Below are positions 8,569 through 19,418 of a stretch of DNA of 64,000 nt, in pieces. Source of the DNA: a virus; IMG/VR virus record IMGVR_UViG_3300032241_002083, positions 1 through 64,000 of that record; one strand, given 5' to 3'. The notes beneath the pieces were generated by a model. The model was not told where the DNA came from and made no database searches. It was given only the letters and a program-made list of their open reading frames with translations. Each line of letters starts with the position of its first letter. Positions within the stretch are counted from its first letter, which is position 1. A program made the position numbers and the translations under genes.

Positions 8569-11072
8569 TTATAATATGTTTGCATATGGTTAATTAATTC
8601 TTCTAATGTCGGAGTTGTATTTGTTTCCGCAAAATTTTCAGATATTTCTACTAAAGGTTGTTCACCCAATCTAAATCCATTATAGTATTCCTCTGTTATT
8701 CCTTTAAATTTATTAAATGGTATTATTTGTCTATTATCCTTAATAAACTTCATATTATTAATTGGATAAATATTGTTTAATCTGATAGAAGTTAATAAAG
8801 AGTTACAGAACATATTTAAATGTTTAAATGTCACTATATTATAAATTTCGGTTAATACTTCATTTGGTTCTTTACTAATTAATGTAACAATTTCATCTTT
8901 ATCATTAAACGTATGTGTACCAATAGGTGTATCTTCATCAGATACTAAATAAGTAAATTTGCCTTTTTCTATGTTAAATATACGATGGCTTGTTTTTCTA
9001 ATACCTAATTTACCAGCAGTTGTTAATTCTGAACCATCACTAAATTTACATGTGAATGTATCTGATGTAGTAATTGGTTTCATAATCCATACTGGGTTTG
9101 CAAAATCAAATTTTCCTTCATCAAAGTTCCAAACTAATAATGAATCATTGAATGTTATATCTTCTATCTTTTTAGAAGAACCGTCACTTAGAGTAACTAG
9201 TGTTCCCTTAGCAAAACATGGACCACTAAATGATACTTGCGAACCATAAGCTACGCCAGCATTATTTATAGCATAAGCTCTGCCATAGCTTTCTGGGTAA
9301 GGACTTACGTTTATATCAACTGTAAATGTTCCAATTCCAGGATTAGATGCTGTTACTCGACTATCTGAAATTGTTGGTGTATCATGAGTAGCATATACAA
9401 ATCCCATTTCTGTTATTGGTGATCCACCTATGTTATTAACAGTGCCTGTAGCAACGCATGGCTCTCCTGATGATATACTATCGGTAGTTACTGTTGGTAA
9501 TGCACCAGGTGAATATGTACTTAGTTGCCCAAGAACTTCCACAATTGAATTATTATATGTTATAAATGTTAATCCTATTATATCAGTTTGATTTATATTA
9601 CCAGATGGATATACACCATTACCCCATTTTACTACTTGTTGAGTTCCGTTTATATAAACGGAACTAGGTATATAAGCTGTTCCAGACTGACTTATAATAA
9701 TTGTTGATGTTATAGCTGTATTATTATCAGTTGGTATATTTATAAAATTTGCTGAATAATTTGATGTTAGATCATTATGATACCATATACTACCTAAATT
9801 ATAATCATAAATTATTGAAGTGGAAGCGGTTGAAGTATTTAATATTTCTTCTGTTTGTTGAAATTTTGTTGTGCCTTCTATTATTAAACTACCACCTAAA
9901 GTATATACTCCGTTTTCTTCTACAAATCCTTCAAGAGATGCTCCACTTAAATTTATATACCAAAAACTTCCTGTTCCTCCTATATAATTAGATTGTAAAC
10001 ATACTACAGACATTGAGCCAGAAATTGGATTATAATCATCTATTTGACCATAAAATTTTGGTAATATACTATCGTCTTCATCATAATCGCCTATTGTGTA
10101 AAAATTATCCCTATAATTTGAAACTAAAACCCATTGACCACTGGTATATGATAAATTTGGTTGTGTTTGTAATGTTACCACACCATATACAGATGGTATT
10201 GTTATATATGTATTTGTAGTGCAAAAATATTTATCAGCATATCCTCTTTTTCCAGTAGGGTAGTATTCAACATTTGTAAATGTATAATTAGTGGTTAAAG
10301 TTGTTACTGGATATGATAAATAATAATAAGAATCTATTGAATAAGTTGAAGAACAAATATTATTACCATTTATTCCATAATAAACATTATATCCATCTAA
10401 ATAAATAGAAAATAAAAAACTTTGACTATATGTGCCATCGTAAATATCATTCCCGTAATAATCATATATTGAATAATTTGATATTAAAGAACCTGTGTCA
10501 TTTATACTAATATAGTAGCTATAAATTAAGCCAAATACACCTAATACAATATTAGAAATATTAGAGCTACTTGTTGGACCGGGAATTATTGTTTCTAAAT
10601 AAATACCTTGTGAATTATCGTATGATTGTAATGTGGATATATTTGAAGTACTAGAAGCACCTGTTAAAAAAGTAAAGCTATTTGCGTTATTAACTACACT
10701 ATATGTTTGACCTTCTGGATTATAGGCTATTAAATTACTAAATGATGAAGAATTTGAATTAGTTAATCCTAAATTATTTATGTATAATTCTACATCTTTG
10801 TCTATACTTAGGGGTGGTTTATTAATTAATATATTAATAGCATTTTGTAAATTAGTTAATGCTATTTTAGATTCATAAACATTATTAAAATCTATAAGAA
10901 CAAAATCACCATTAGTAAAATTAATTCTAATATTATTATTATTTAAAATAGAGGAATTTATTTTGAATGGAGATAAAGACCATACAATATTATTATTTAT
11001 ATCTTTTATAAATAATTTAGTATCATTTGCGCTTGGTATTTTGAAAAAATCTAAATAATTAAAATTAGCCAT
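8565..11072 (-). CDS. virion-type protein with Fn3-like domain and C-terminal Hint domain
   Basis: LPTVTT...GGSPITEMGFVY...RAYAINNAGVAYG, then CFAKGTLVTLSDGSSKKIEDI...YNIVTFKHLNMFCN. Confidence 0.75.
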   Translation of the reverse strand: MANFNYLDFFKIPSANDTKLFIKDINNNIVWSLSPFKINSSILNNNNIRINFTNGDFVLIDFNNVYESKIALTNLQNAINILINKPPLSIDKDVELYINNLGLTNSNSSSFSNLIAYNPEGQTYSVVNNANSFTFLTGASSTSNISTLQSYDNSQGIYLETIIPGPTSSSNISNIVLGVFGLIYSYYISINDTGSLISNYSIYDYYGNDIYDGTYSQSFLFSIYLDGYNVYYGINGNNICSSTYSIDSYYYLSYPVTTLTTNYTFTNVEYYPTGKRGYADKYFCTTNTYITIPSVYGVVTLQTQPNLSYTSGQWVLVSNYRDNFYTIGDYDEDDSILPKFYGQIDDYNPISGSMSVVCLQSNYIGGTGSFWYINLSGASLEGFVEENGVYTLGGSLIIEGTTKFQQTEEILNTSTASTSIIYDYNLGSIWYHNDLTSNYSANFINIPTDNNTAITSTIIISQSGTAYIPSSVYINGTQQVVKWGNGVYPSGNINQTDIIGLTFITYNNSIVEVLGQLSTYSPGALPTVTTDSISSGEPCVATGTVNNIGGSPITEMGFVYATHDTPTISDSRVTASNPGIGTFTVDINVSPYPESYGRAYAINNAGVAYGSQVSFSGPCFAKGTLVTLSDGSSKKIEDITFNDSLLVWNFDEGKFDFANPVWIMKPITTSDTFTCKFSDGSELTTAGKLGIRKTSHRIFNIEKGKFTYLVSDEDTPIGTHTFNDKDEIVTLISKEPNEVLTEIYNIVTFKHLNMFCNSLLTSIRLNNIYPINNMKFIKDNRQIIPFNKFKGITEEYYNGFRLGEQPLVEISENFAETNTTPTLEELINHMQTYYK

Positions 11073-11087
11073 TTATTCTAAAAATTT

Positions 11088-12272
11088 TTATGTTGTTACA
11101 CTCATTTGAATATAAGTTGTTGGGCTTACCATATTTCCAGCCAAATCATTTATATTAAAATATAAACTATAAGTTCCTGTTGCTGCGATTGATGATAATA
11201 CATTACAATTATAATCTTCTAAAATTAAATCAGCATCATCTAATCTAATATTTCCGTCCCTATTATCTGATACACCACTAATTAGTATGTTATATAAAAC
11301 TGATTTAGTAATAGTATATGAACCGTAAACTAAATCACCATATTGTGATAGCGAAAATGCTGTTGAGAATGTCATTGTAACAGCGGAACTTGTTCCGGTA
11401 TTATATGGAACACCTGCTGTCATACCACCGAATGATATATATGCTTTTGTTGTGTCATTATTAACATGTGAATATAAATATACTATTGGTGGTAATAAGT
11501 CTAAATTAATACTATTTACAACTACACCTATATTTTGTAAAATCCAGTTAATCAAAGAATATGCTTGTTTTGCATCACTAGTTGAAATAAACTGTAAGAA
11601 AATTTTTCCTTGTGTTTGTGAATCTATTATTATTAAATCACCATTAATATTTATCGATGTTATATCCACATTAGTGATATAAACTAATGCACTTCTAGGG
11701 GTATTTGTGTCGAAAATTACTATAGATTCATTTGTTACAAAAGTATTAATGCAGTTTATAGTTGCGTTACATTGTAAATTATAAAATGATAATCCAGTTT
11801 GATTAGTTGTATCATTAAAGAATGTATAAGTATCGTCAATAACCGCAACCATAACATCTAACTGTACATTGTAATTACCATTTGGGTTGGTAAAATACAA
11901 CTGTGGTATTCTATTAGTTGAATTTCCAGTTAAAACCATTATTTGGTCCATATAATGAACTGTACCTGGGTCATCATAATAATACCATTCTAAATAATTA
12001 TCTTCTTCATTAACAGAGTTAGAATCATAACGAGCTATAATAGCTAAAAATGTTGCGTTATCACCGAGTCCTAAATGATTCATTAAATAATTAATTTGTC
12101 CAGCTTTTAATTGTATTCTTCCTTTTAAAACTTGTTTATATGGAATCTTAATATCACTAGCTATTATTCTTTCTAAGGTATTAGGCCCTTCGATTGCAAC
12201 TATATCACTGTTTAATAATTTAATATAATTATTTGCACCAAAAATTGAATTAACACCAATTTGACAAGACAT
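11088..12272 (-). CDS. putative virion structural protein
   Basis: 394 aa, N/T/I-rich, TAATATATA upstream, in structural cluster. Confidence 0.55.
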   Translation of the reverse strand: MSCQIGVNSIFGANNYIKLLNSDIVAIEGPNTLERIIASDIKIPYKQVLKGRIQLKAGQINYLMNHLGLGDNATFLAIIARYDSNSVNEEDNYLEWYYYDDPGTVHYMDQIMVLTGNSTNRIPQLYFTNPNGNYNVQLDVMVAVIDDTYTFFNDTTNQTGLSFYNLQCNATINCINTFVTNESIVIFDTNTPRSALVYITNVDITSININGDLIIIDSQTQGKIFLQFISTSDAKQAYSLINWILQNIGVVVNSINLDLLPPIVYLYSHVNNDTTKAYISFGGMTAGVPYNTGTSSAVTMTFSTAFSLSQYGDLVYGSYTITKSVLYNILISGVSDNRDGNIRLDDADLILEDYNCNVLSSIAATGTYSLYFNINDLAGNMVSPTTYIQMSVTT

Positions 12273-12311
12273 ATTTTCTTTTATTTTTATATATTAAAAA
12301 TGTTAAACAAA

Positions 12312-15035
12312 TTAATACAATTCTGTTGTAACCAAATATCTATCTGTAAATAAAGAACTATCTGTTGGATCTACTCTTGTGACACTTATTTTACAACCTT
12401 TATTTAAACTAAAATAAGGCATATTATTTAATAAATAACTACCACTATTATTAAGTATTAATGGCAGAGAAGATGAAGAACCATAACTTATTAATTTAGT
12501 ATTTGAACTAATATCTAAATAAATATAAGAATTTGTTGCTCCAACACTTGAAATAGTATATTGTCCAGAAAAATCTATTGTGCTCGATGTGCCAACTGAA
12601 AAATCATTTAATAATAAAGTATCACCAGAATTAAAACTATTAGAAATTAAATTACCATCTCCATAAAGCGGAACTTCTAATATTGAACCTACATTTAATC
12701 TTAAAGGTTTAGTTAAGTCGATATTAAATTTAAAGGCACTCCAATTATAAGCAGAATTGGTTGTTAAATTGGATGTATTATAATAAACAGGTAAATTTAT
12801 ATTAGATATTATAGGAGTTAAAACAGGAGCAGAATTACTATTTGAATAATTAATAAAAACACTCAATTGTTTATTTTGTGTTGCATAATTTTCCGCATTA
12901 ATAATTAAATCCATAGTTTGGTTAGGATCTAAATCTCTATTAATTACAATCGTTAAAACTGAATTGTTTGGTAAATTAAAATAAGTTTGATCATTATTTG
13001 AAATATAAATTAAGAAATCTTTATTTTGTGTTGTTATGTTATAATTAAATGGAACTATACCAGTTGAAGCATATAAATTTGTTGTTAAAATAGTTGTAAC
13101 ATTAGAATATTTTGGATCTATTGAGTTTAATTGTATTATTGGATTTCCACCTACAGTTGAATTACTTACATCAATAGTATTAGATGGAATTATTTGGTTT
13201 GTAGAATATAATTGTAACAAATTATTCATATAAGAAATTTGCCCAAGTATATTGTTTATTTGAGGTTGTGTATAAATTTGTTGCGTTAAATTACTTAAAG
13301 CAGTTTTAATTTGCACATTATCATAAATAATATCTTGGAAAGAATCATTTAAGCTTGCTAAATTTTGCATCGCTTGATTAAACAAATCAAAAGAATATAA
13401 AGAATTAATTGCCTCAGGATTAAATGTATCTTGTGGATTCTCATTTACTATATTGAAATTTAAATCTAATGAAAAATTATAAGAAGTGCCATCTTGTGTA
13501 TCTGTGGCAACATATTTTTCAGCAACAGGAAATTGTTCTCCTGTATTTATATCACTGTTATTTGGATTATTTAAAAATGAAATTCCATATAAATCTTGAA
13601 CTGAATTACCATTCAAATCTTCATATGTATAATACCATAATATTGCATTAAAACTGAAATCAGATGGTGGTATATTATTAACCATTAACGCATTAAATTG
13701 TTCGAAATTAGTAACTTCCATACCATAAATATTCATTTTTGCATAATGAGAAGGATCAAAATCAATAGAAATTCCATCTAAATTTGCCGAATTTACAAGC
13801 GGTACTGTTGTATTACCACTTATTCCATAATAATCACCACTTCTTCTGTTAGAATCACCATTTGATGTTACATAAGTAAAATCTGTTGTATCAAATTGTC
13901 CATAATAACCGCCAGGATAATTCTGTGGATTAACTACTATAGGGCTTGTATAAATTTCTGCTCCAATTATTTCAGGTTGTATTTCAGAAGGTAAAATAGG
14001 GAAAACAGAATTAGGTACATAATTTTCGTCAATCATGGTTCTAAATAAAACATCTGGTGTGGCTCCATTTTGTCCTGCAACCTGCGCATAAACTTCCGTA
14101 TAAGATAAATTTGTTTGTTGTACATTATTTATGCCATTTACTTCTCCAATATATTGAACTAATTTATTATAAATCAAATTATATGAACCTGTTAATTGGT
14201 TACCCAATGTTCCGATGATTGTTGGAAATCCAGGAGCACCTATTTGCGGAAAAATGCTACTATTTAGATTAACAGTTACCGATTGTCCATAAGTACTTGT
14301 AGCTGGTGTAACTGCTAAAACTTTTGCATTTACGCCATTTAAAAAAGTAACGGTAGTATTTGTTTCTCCATTCATTTGTATTATATCACCAACTTTAAAA
14401 TTAGTAGTATCTTGAAAAACTAATTGTAAATATCCATTAAAAGGTCCTGACGATAATGCATAGATTGAATATAAAGAATAAGCATTAGTTGTTCTTTCTG
14501 TCCATAAAACTTCGGGAAAATATGACGTATCTAATGGATTATTAGATTGAAATTCTGTTAAAGTTCCTATATATTGGTCACCATTATTAGCAGGTTCAAA
14601 ATCTATTAAATTCATTTTTTTTGCCCATTTAAAAAATATTTTTTCTGCTGGCACATTTAATGAATTATTATTAAAATAATAATCTGTTGTATTTAATTTC
14701 GAAGTCATCATAGTTTCCTCAAAATTAGCTACATAATTTCTCAAAGATTCTATCACTGCATCACCAAAGGAGTTGGGTGGCGTATAACCTGCAGGTGTTT
14801 GGAAACCCCAACCTTGACCAGTAGCGTTAGTAAAATCCCAATAAATAGGTTGATTACTATTTGTTCCTGAACCTGAATATAAATTTTGTGCTGGGAAATT
14901 TAATAAAAGATAATTTGAAAAATACATCTTATCATTTTGATTTTGATAAGCAGCAGATATTTTTTCAGCAGCAGAAGGAAAAGCATAGAATGATGTTCCG
15001 TTGGTTTTTAATGATTTGTATAGGGGGCAAGCCAT
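12312..15035 (-). CDS. putative virion structural protein (tail/baseplate region)
   Basis: 907 aa, N/S/T-rich with a short coiled coil; TAATATATA upstream. Confidence 0.55.
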   Translation of the reverse strand: MACPLYKSLKTNGTSFYAFPSAAEKISAAYQNQNDKMYFSNYLLLNFPAQNLYSGSGTNSNQPIYWDFTNATGQGWGFQTPAGYTPPNSFGDAVIESLRNYVANFEETMMTSKLNTTDYYFNNNSLNVPAEKIFFKWAKKMNLIDFEPANNGDQYIGTLTEFQSNNPLDTSYFPEVLWTERTTNAYSLYSIYALSSGPFNGYLQLVFQDTTNFKVGDIIQMNGETNTTVTFLNGVNAKVLAVTPATSTYGQSVTVNLNSSIFPQIGAPGFPTIIGTLGNQLTGSYNLIYNKLVQYIGEVNGINNVQQTNLSYTEVYAQVAGQNGATPDVLFRTMIDENYVPNSVFPILPSEIQPEIIGAEIYTSPIVVNPQNYPGGYYGQFDTTDFTYVTSNGDSNRRSGDYYGISGNTTVPLVNSANLDGISIDFDPSHYAKMNIYGMEVTNFEQFNALMVNNIPPSDFSFNAILWYYTYEDLNGNSVQDLYGISFLNNPNNSDINTGEQFPVAEKYVATDTQDGTSYNFSLDLNFNIVNENPQDTFNPEAINSLYSFDLFNQAMQNLASLNDSFQDIIYDNVQIKTALSNLTQQIYTQPQINNILGQISYMNNLLQLYSTNQIIPSNTIDVSNSTVGGNPIIQLNSIDPKYSNVTTILTTNLYASTGIVPFNYNITTQNKDFLIYISNNDQTYFNLPNNSVLTIVINRDLDPNQTMDLIINAENYATQNKQLSVFINYSNSNSAPVLTPIISNINLPVYYNTSNLTTNSAYNWSAFKFNIDLTKPLRLNVGSILEVPLYGDGNLISNSFNSGDTLLLNDFSVGTSSTIDFSGQYTISSVGATNSYIYLDISSNTKLISYGSSSSLPLILNNSGSYLLNNMPYFSLNKGCKISVTRVDPTDSSLFTDRYLVTTELY

Positions 15036-15098
15036 AGTTTAATATATTTTAATTATATATTAAACAACATCACTCACATAAAATATATTTTATGTTCC

Positions 15099-15392
15099 TT
15101 ATTGACCCCATAAGTTTTTAAATATAGGTTTATCATTTGTATATTTCATTAATTGTATTATATTATCAATATAATTATCTATTTTTTCTGGTTCTTTTAT
15201 TTTATTTCTAATTAATAATTTAGACACTTGTGCTGCTATTGGTTTAGACAATCCATTTAATAATAATAAATCAGCAACTTCTTTAAAATCTCTATCGGTA
15301 TCATAATGTAACTTAATAATAGTTTTTTTAATTATATTATATAAGGTGCTATTGTATTCTAAATTAAAATCTTCAAATAATTTAATATACAT
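15099..15392 (-). CDS. hypothetical protein with MYIKLFE leader
   Basis: ORF track; leader motif; TATATA boxes upstream. Confidence 0.65.
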   Translation of the reverse strand: MYIKLFEDFNLEYNSTLYNIIKKTIIKLHYDTDRDFKEVADLLLLNGLSKPIAAQVSKLLIRNKIKEPEKIDNYIDNIIQLMKYTNDKPIFKNLWGQ

Positions 15393-15453
15393 ATAATTAT
15401 ATATTTAATTATATATTAACATTATTTTAATTTTTTTATTCAAAATTTTTTCT

Positions 15454-15461
15454 TATCTTTG
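15454..15461 (+). promoter_or_regulatory. Bacteroidota-type -7 promoter TATCTTTG
   Basis: 16 nt upstream of ATG 15478. Same element at 20402(+), 32214(-), 38175(-), 50427(-), 63383(-); TATTTTTG at 39717(-). Confidence 0.7.
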
Positions 15462-15477
15462 TTTAAAATTAGAAACT

Positions 15478-16119
15478 ATGCGTTATAATAACTTTTCTTA
15501 CATCTATCCTTGTCGCCCTAAAAATGCGGCACCTATTCAAGATATTCAGAAATATGATAATGGTATGATGCTTGCTCAACCAAAATTTAACGGGTCAAAC
15601 TGCACTATTTTCACTAATGGTATAGATGTAAAAGTTTTTAATCGGCGCAAAGAAAGATTGACAAATTTTAATCTAACTACTGAAGAAATTTGTGAAAATA
15701 TTTTTAAAGGAGAAAGAGGCAAATGGATGGTTATAAATGGTGAATATTTGAATAAAAATAAAAATGATGAAACCGGTGATTCATTCAATCATAAATTAAT
15801 TATTTTTGATATTTTAGTATATAATTCTGATTATTTACTTGGTAAATCTTTTGTTGAAAGAGTAAATCTTTTAGATGAAATTTATGGCACAGAAGATTCT
15901 GAAAAGAAATATTTGTATTTTATTGATAAAAATATTTATAGGACAAAAACTTATTATGACGGATTTGTTAATTTATATACAGATTTATCAAAAATAGATA
16001 TGATAGAGGGTTTGGTATTGAAACGTCAAAATGCTAAATTGGAACTTGGAATCACCGAAGATAACAATAGTAAGTCACAAGTCAAGTTTCGCAAAAGGAC
16101 CCTTAACTATAGTTTTTAA
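15478..16119 (+). CDS. stand-alone ATP-dependent ligase-type nucleotidyltransferase domain
   Basis: Motif I QPKFNG, INGE, IFDIL, EGLVLK and a terminal K-x-R; no OB domain. Confidence 0.75.
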   Translation: MRYNNFSYIYPCRPKNAAPIQDIQKYDNGMMLAQPKFNGSNCTIFTNGIDVKVFNRRKERLTNFNLTTEEICENIFKGERGKWMVINGEYLNKNKNDETGDSFNHKLIIFDILVYNSDYLLGKSFVERVNLLDEIYGTEDSEKKYLYFIDKNIYRTKTYYDGFVNLYTDLSKIDMIEGLVLKRQNAKLELGITEDNNSKSQVKFRKRTLNYSF

Positions 16120-16154
16120 TTAATAAAACAAGGCATAAGGGAGTAATTGAAACT

Positions 16155-17333
16155 ATGAAGCCGGAAAATTATTGGACAAAGGAAAAATGTGCAGAAGAAG
16201 CATTGAAGCATAAATTGGTTGAGGATTTTAGAAAAAATTCTAAATATGCCTATGTAAAATCATATAAAAATAATTGGCTGAAAGATTTTTATAATGATTA
16301 TATGGAAATAAAATGGACTAAAGATAGATGCTTGGAAGAAGCATCAAAATATTCTAAGTTTAGGGATTTCCAAACCATGTCAAAGAGTGCTTATACGAGT
16401 TGTTTAAGAAATAGTTGGCTTGATGATATACATAAAATTTTTAAATTAGGTTCATACTGGACAAAAGATTTATGTTTAGAAGAATCAAAAAAATATAAAA
16501 CAAAAACAGAATTTAAGAAAGGTTCTTATCAAGCATATAAATCTGCCTATATAAATTGTTGGTTAGATGAAATATGTGAACATATGCCAAAAATAGGAAA
16601 TCTATATAAGAGGTGTATATATGCTTTTGAATTTCCTGATAATAATGTTTATATTGGACTAACTTATAATATAGATATTATAGAGAAACAACATTATATT
16701 TCTTCTAAAAGCCAAGTTAATAAGCATTATATAGAAAGTGGATTAGAACCTAAATTGGTTAAATTAACAGATTATATTGATGTTAATTTAGCAAAAATAA
16801 AAGAAGGTGAGTATATACAGAATTATAAAAACAATAATTGGTATATTTTGAACTCACAAAAAGCAGGAAACATTGGCGGTAATCATAAAAACATTACAAA
16901 GGAAATTTGTAATCAAGAAGCACTAAAATATATTTATTTAAAAGATTTTAGGACAGAAAAACCTAATCTATATAAACAGATTGTTAGGTATAAATGGTAT
17001 GATTGTTGTAATTTTTTAATAAAAACTTCGCCATCTAAAATTAAGTGGACGAAAGAAAAATGTAAAGAAGAAGCTTTAAAATATAAAACAAAAACAGATT
17101 TCGAAAAGGTAATATAAATGCGTATAATGCTTGTGTTAGAAACAAATGGTTAAATGAGTTATGCTCACATATGACTTCTAAGCCTCGTTTAGGGTCAAAA
17201 CCTAAATGGACTTATGAGTCTTGTAAAGAAATTGCCTCTTTATATAAAACTAAAAATGAACTTAAAAAAAAATAACAATAAAGTTTATCAATCTTGTTTA
17301 AGAAATAAATGGATTGATGAATTTTTCAAATAA
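16155..17333 (+). pseudogene. GIY-YIG homing endonuclease with WTKE.C.EEA.KY repeats, 3' end frameshifted
   Basis: CIYAFEF..VYIGLT. Repeats continue past the 17117 stop in a shifted frame (GNINAYNACVRNKWL...WTYESCKEIA) and shift again at the A9 run near 17264-17272, ending NKWIDEFFK*. Confidence 0.7.
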
Positions 17334-17345
17334 AATTAAATATTT

Positions 17346-17525
17346 ATGGATTTAAATAAAATAAAAAAAGATGAAATACAAGAAATTATTGAATTTTACT
17401 ATTTCATAAAAGAATATGGACATATCTTCCATTTAGAATCTAAATTACTAGATGAACCTTTTAAAAAAATAATAGAAGGTATGGATGAAGTTCGTGATCT
17501 TGTAGATAAAAGTTATAGTATGTAG
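17346..17525 (+). CDS. small hypothetical protein (59 aa)
   Basis: Manual ORF MDLNKIKKDEIQEIIEFYY...; fills the gap. Confidence 0.5.
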   Translation: MDLNKIKKDEIQEIIEFYYFIKEYGHIFHLESKLLDEPFKKIIEGMDEVRDLVDKSYSM

Positions 17526-17588
17526 AAAAAAGTTATTGTTTAAACCAAGATAATTGGCTTTCAATAACAATAAATAAAACAATAAATA

Positions 17589-17948
17589 ATGTTTAATAAT
17601 TTTAATTCATTCATTTATAATCTTACTATAGAGCAAAGAGTAAGATTTAATATCTTTCTTCAATCTCTAAAAGATGATGGTATGCAGATTGCTTACTCTG
17701 ATATAAATCATCATGATGTAACGATTGATGAATTAATTGAAGATATAAATAGCATAACTGAATATGAAAAAATTCGAGATAAACAAGAATTGGCTGCATC
17801 TAAAGATGAGACAACTATTTCACAAGATAGATGGGGTGTGCATAAAACACATTGCTGTCTTAAACATGGTTGTAAATATGGTGATCCTGATTGTCCAGTT
17901 ATTTTATCTTTGATTGAACAAAAATATCCTTGTGAATTTTGTGAATAA
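17589..17948 (+). CDS. hypothetical protein with His/Cys-rich metal-binding C-terminus
   Basis: HKTHCCLKHGCKYGDPDCPV...CEFC. Confidence 0.65.
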   Translation: MFNNFNSFIYNLTIEQRVRFNIFLQSLKDDGMQIAYSDINHHDVTIDELIEDINSITEYEKIRDKQELAASKDETTISQDRWGVHKTHCCLKHGCKYGDPDCPVILSLIEQKYPCEFCE

Positions 17949-18269
17949 CTATTTCCTAAATTTATTAGGATAAATACTTCTTAATATATCTCCCTTTGGT
18001 ATATCTTTGGCTCTTATACCAAATATTTTTGGTTCTGGGCAAGTATCTTCACCATTTAGTAAAAAATTGTTATTACAACACCAAGTTTCCATATTTCTTG
18101 TATAATATTGTCCTTCGACATAAGGAAATCTCATATGTGCATTATTGACTATATTATAGATTTTTCCATCTTTTACATCAAATGTAATCTTCAAGGCTGG
18201 ATTTCTTTTTGAAATTAATTCAATTTTCCTACCATATTCTTCGTTAATAAATTCATTAAATTTTTTCAT
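17949..18269 (-). CDS. hypothetical protein with MKKFNEFINE leader
   Basis: Leader resembles the T4 internal-protein capsid-targeting sequence. Confidence 0.7.
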   Translation of the reverse strand: MKKFNEFINEEYGRKIELISKRNPALKITFDVKDGKIYNIVNNAHMRFPYVEGQYYTRNMETWCCNNNFLLNGEDTCPEPKIFGIRAKDIPKGDILRSIYPNKFRK

Positions 18270-18273
18270 ACAA

Positions 18274-18289
18274 TATATATTAATATATA
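18274..18289. promoter_or_regulatory. palindromic back-to-back late promoter TATATATTAATATATA
   Basis: Two overlapping TAATATATA boxes in a 24-nt gap between divergent starts. Confidence 0.65.
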
Positions 18290-18293
18290 GAAT

Positions 18294-18851
18294 ATGGAAA
18301 AATTTAGTAAATTAAAACCTGAGGAAAAGAAAATTGACGATAATAATATCGCTTATAAAGATAAGAATTTAACAATAACAAAATATGAAGATTGGAGTAT
18401 TGTCTCTGATAGAGATGTTGTGGTCTGCATTCCCTATTTAATCGAATTAAATAAAATTGTTCTTCGTCAAGAATATATTCCATCATATAAATATGCAAAC
18501 GGTCAAGAATTACACATATGTTTAGTAGGTGGCGGCATCGAAAAGGATGAAACTCCAGAAGAAGCAATGTTAAGAGAATTACAAGAAGAATCTGGTATAG
18601 TAGTTAGACCTAATTTTAAGGTTCAAATAGAAAAACCACTTTTTATTTTTAAAGGTAGTTCTAATAAATGTTATATGTCTATTTTAACTTTAACTGAAAA
18701 TGACTATCATGAAATAGCGGTTGATAAATCTCAAGAACATAGATTAGATGTGGCAGCAAAAATAGATGTTAAATATATTAATTCTTTAAATGTATCTGAT
18801 GTAATCACAGAATTGATGTTGGAAAAATTTAAAAAGTATGCTAATTTATAA
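18294..18851 (+). CDS. NUDIX hydrolase (ADP-ribose pyrophosphatase-like)
   Basis: GGIEKDETPEEAMLRELQEESG Nudix box. Confidence 0.9.
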   Translation: MEKFSKLKPEEKKIDDNNIAYKDKNLTITKYEDWSIVSDRDVVVCIPYLIELNKIVLRQEYIPSYKYANGQELHICLVGGGIEKDETPEEAMLRELQEESGIVVRPNFKVQIEKPLFIFKGSSNKCYMSILTLTENDYHEIAVDKSQEHRLDVAAKIDVKYINSLNVSDVITELMLEKFKKYANL

Positions 18852-19353
18852 AAACTTTTTTATAAATAGAATTTTGTGGCATAAGCAATTTAATATCTGG
18901 TATATAACCATCTTTTGATAGAAAACAATATGTTAAAGTTTTTTCTTCGTTATTTGATTTATACAAAGTATTATAATATTCTAAATTATAACCAGATATA
19001 TTTTTTAAATATTCATAGTTCATTTTTGCTCTTTTATTTGGTTCATTTAATTCGCCACTTTCAAATTTCATAGCTATATGTGGAATTACTATGCAATTTG
19101 GTTTTACATTTTTTATAAATTCTTTAGTTATATTAGTTATAGCGGTTAATATTGCTTCTTTTTTACCATAACCAGTTTTAAATTTATCTACTGATGAATC
19201 TTCATTATATCTTCTAACATAAACTTTCTTCTTAATAGATTTTAAAAATCTAACATAAAATGGAATATCATCAATCATTGTTTTATATAAATAAACAAAT
19301 TGGGTTTTATCTAATGTGAAATCAATTTCTTCAAATAATTTTAAATACTTCAT
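18841..19353 (-). CDS. hypothetical protein with MKYLKLFE leader
   Basis: ORF track; leader motif. Confidence 0.7.
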   Translation of the reverse strand: MKYLKLFEEIDFTLDKTQFVYLYKTMIDDIPFYVRFLKSIKKKVYVRRYNEDSSVDKFKTGYGKKEAILTAITNITKEFIKNVKPNCIVIPHIAMKFESGELNEPNKRAKMNYEYLKNISGYNLEYYNTLYKSNNEEKTLTYCFLSKDGYIPDIKLLMPQNSIYKKVFIN

Positions 19354-19364
19354 ATACTATATAT

Positions 19365-19399
19365 AAAAAAGACATCCAAATTTGGATGTCTTTTTTTTT
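19365..19399. terminator. intrinsic terminator
   Basis: aaaaaagacatccaaatttggatgtcttttttttt. Confidence 0.8.
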
Positions 19400-19418
19400 G
19401 AGCTGTTCTTAATTCATT

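Noticed and set aside
8785-9218. Classical splicing intein
   Set aside because: No His-Asn/Cys-Ser-Thr C-terminal junction, no endonuclease, and not inside a conserved enzyme.
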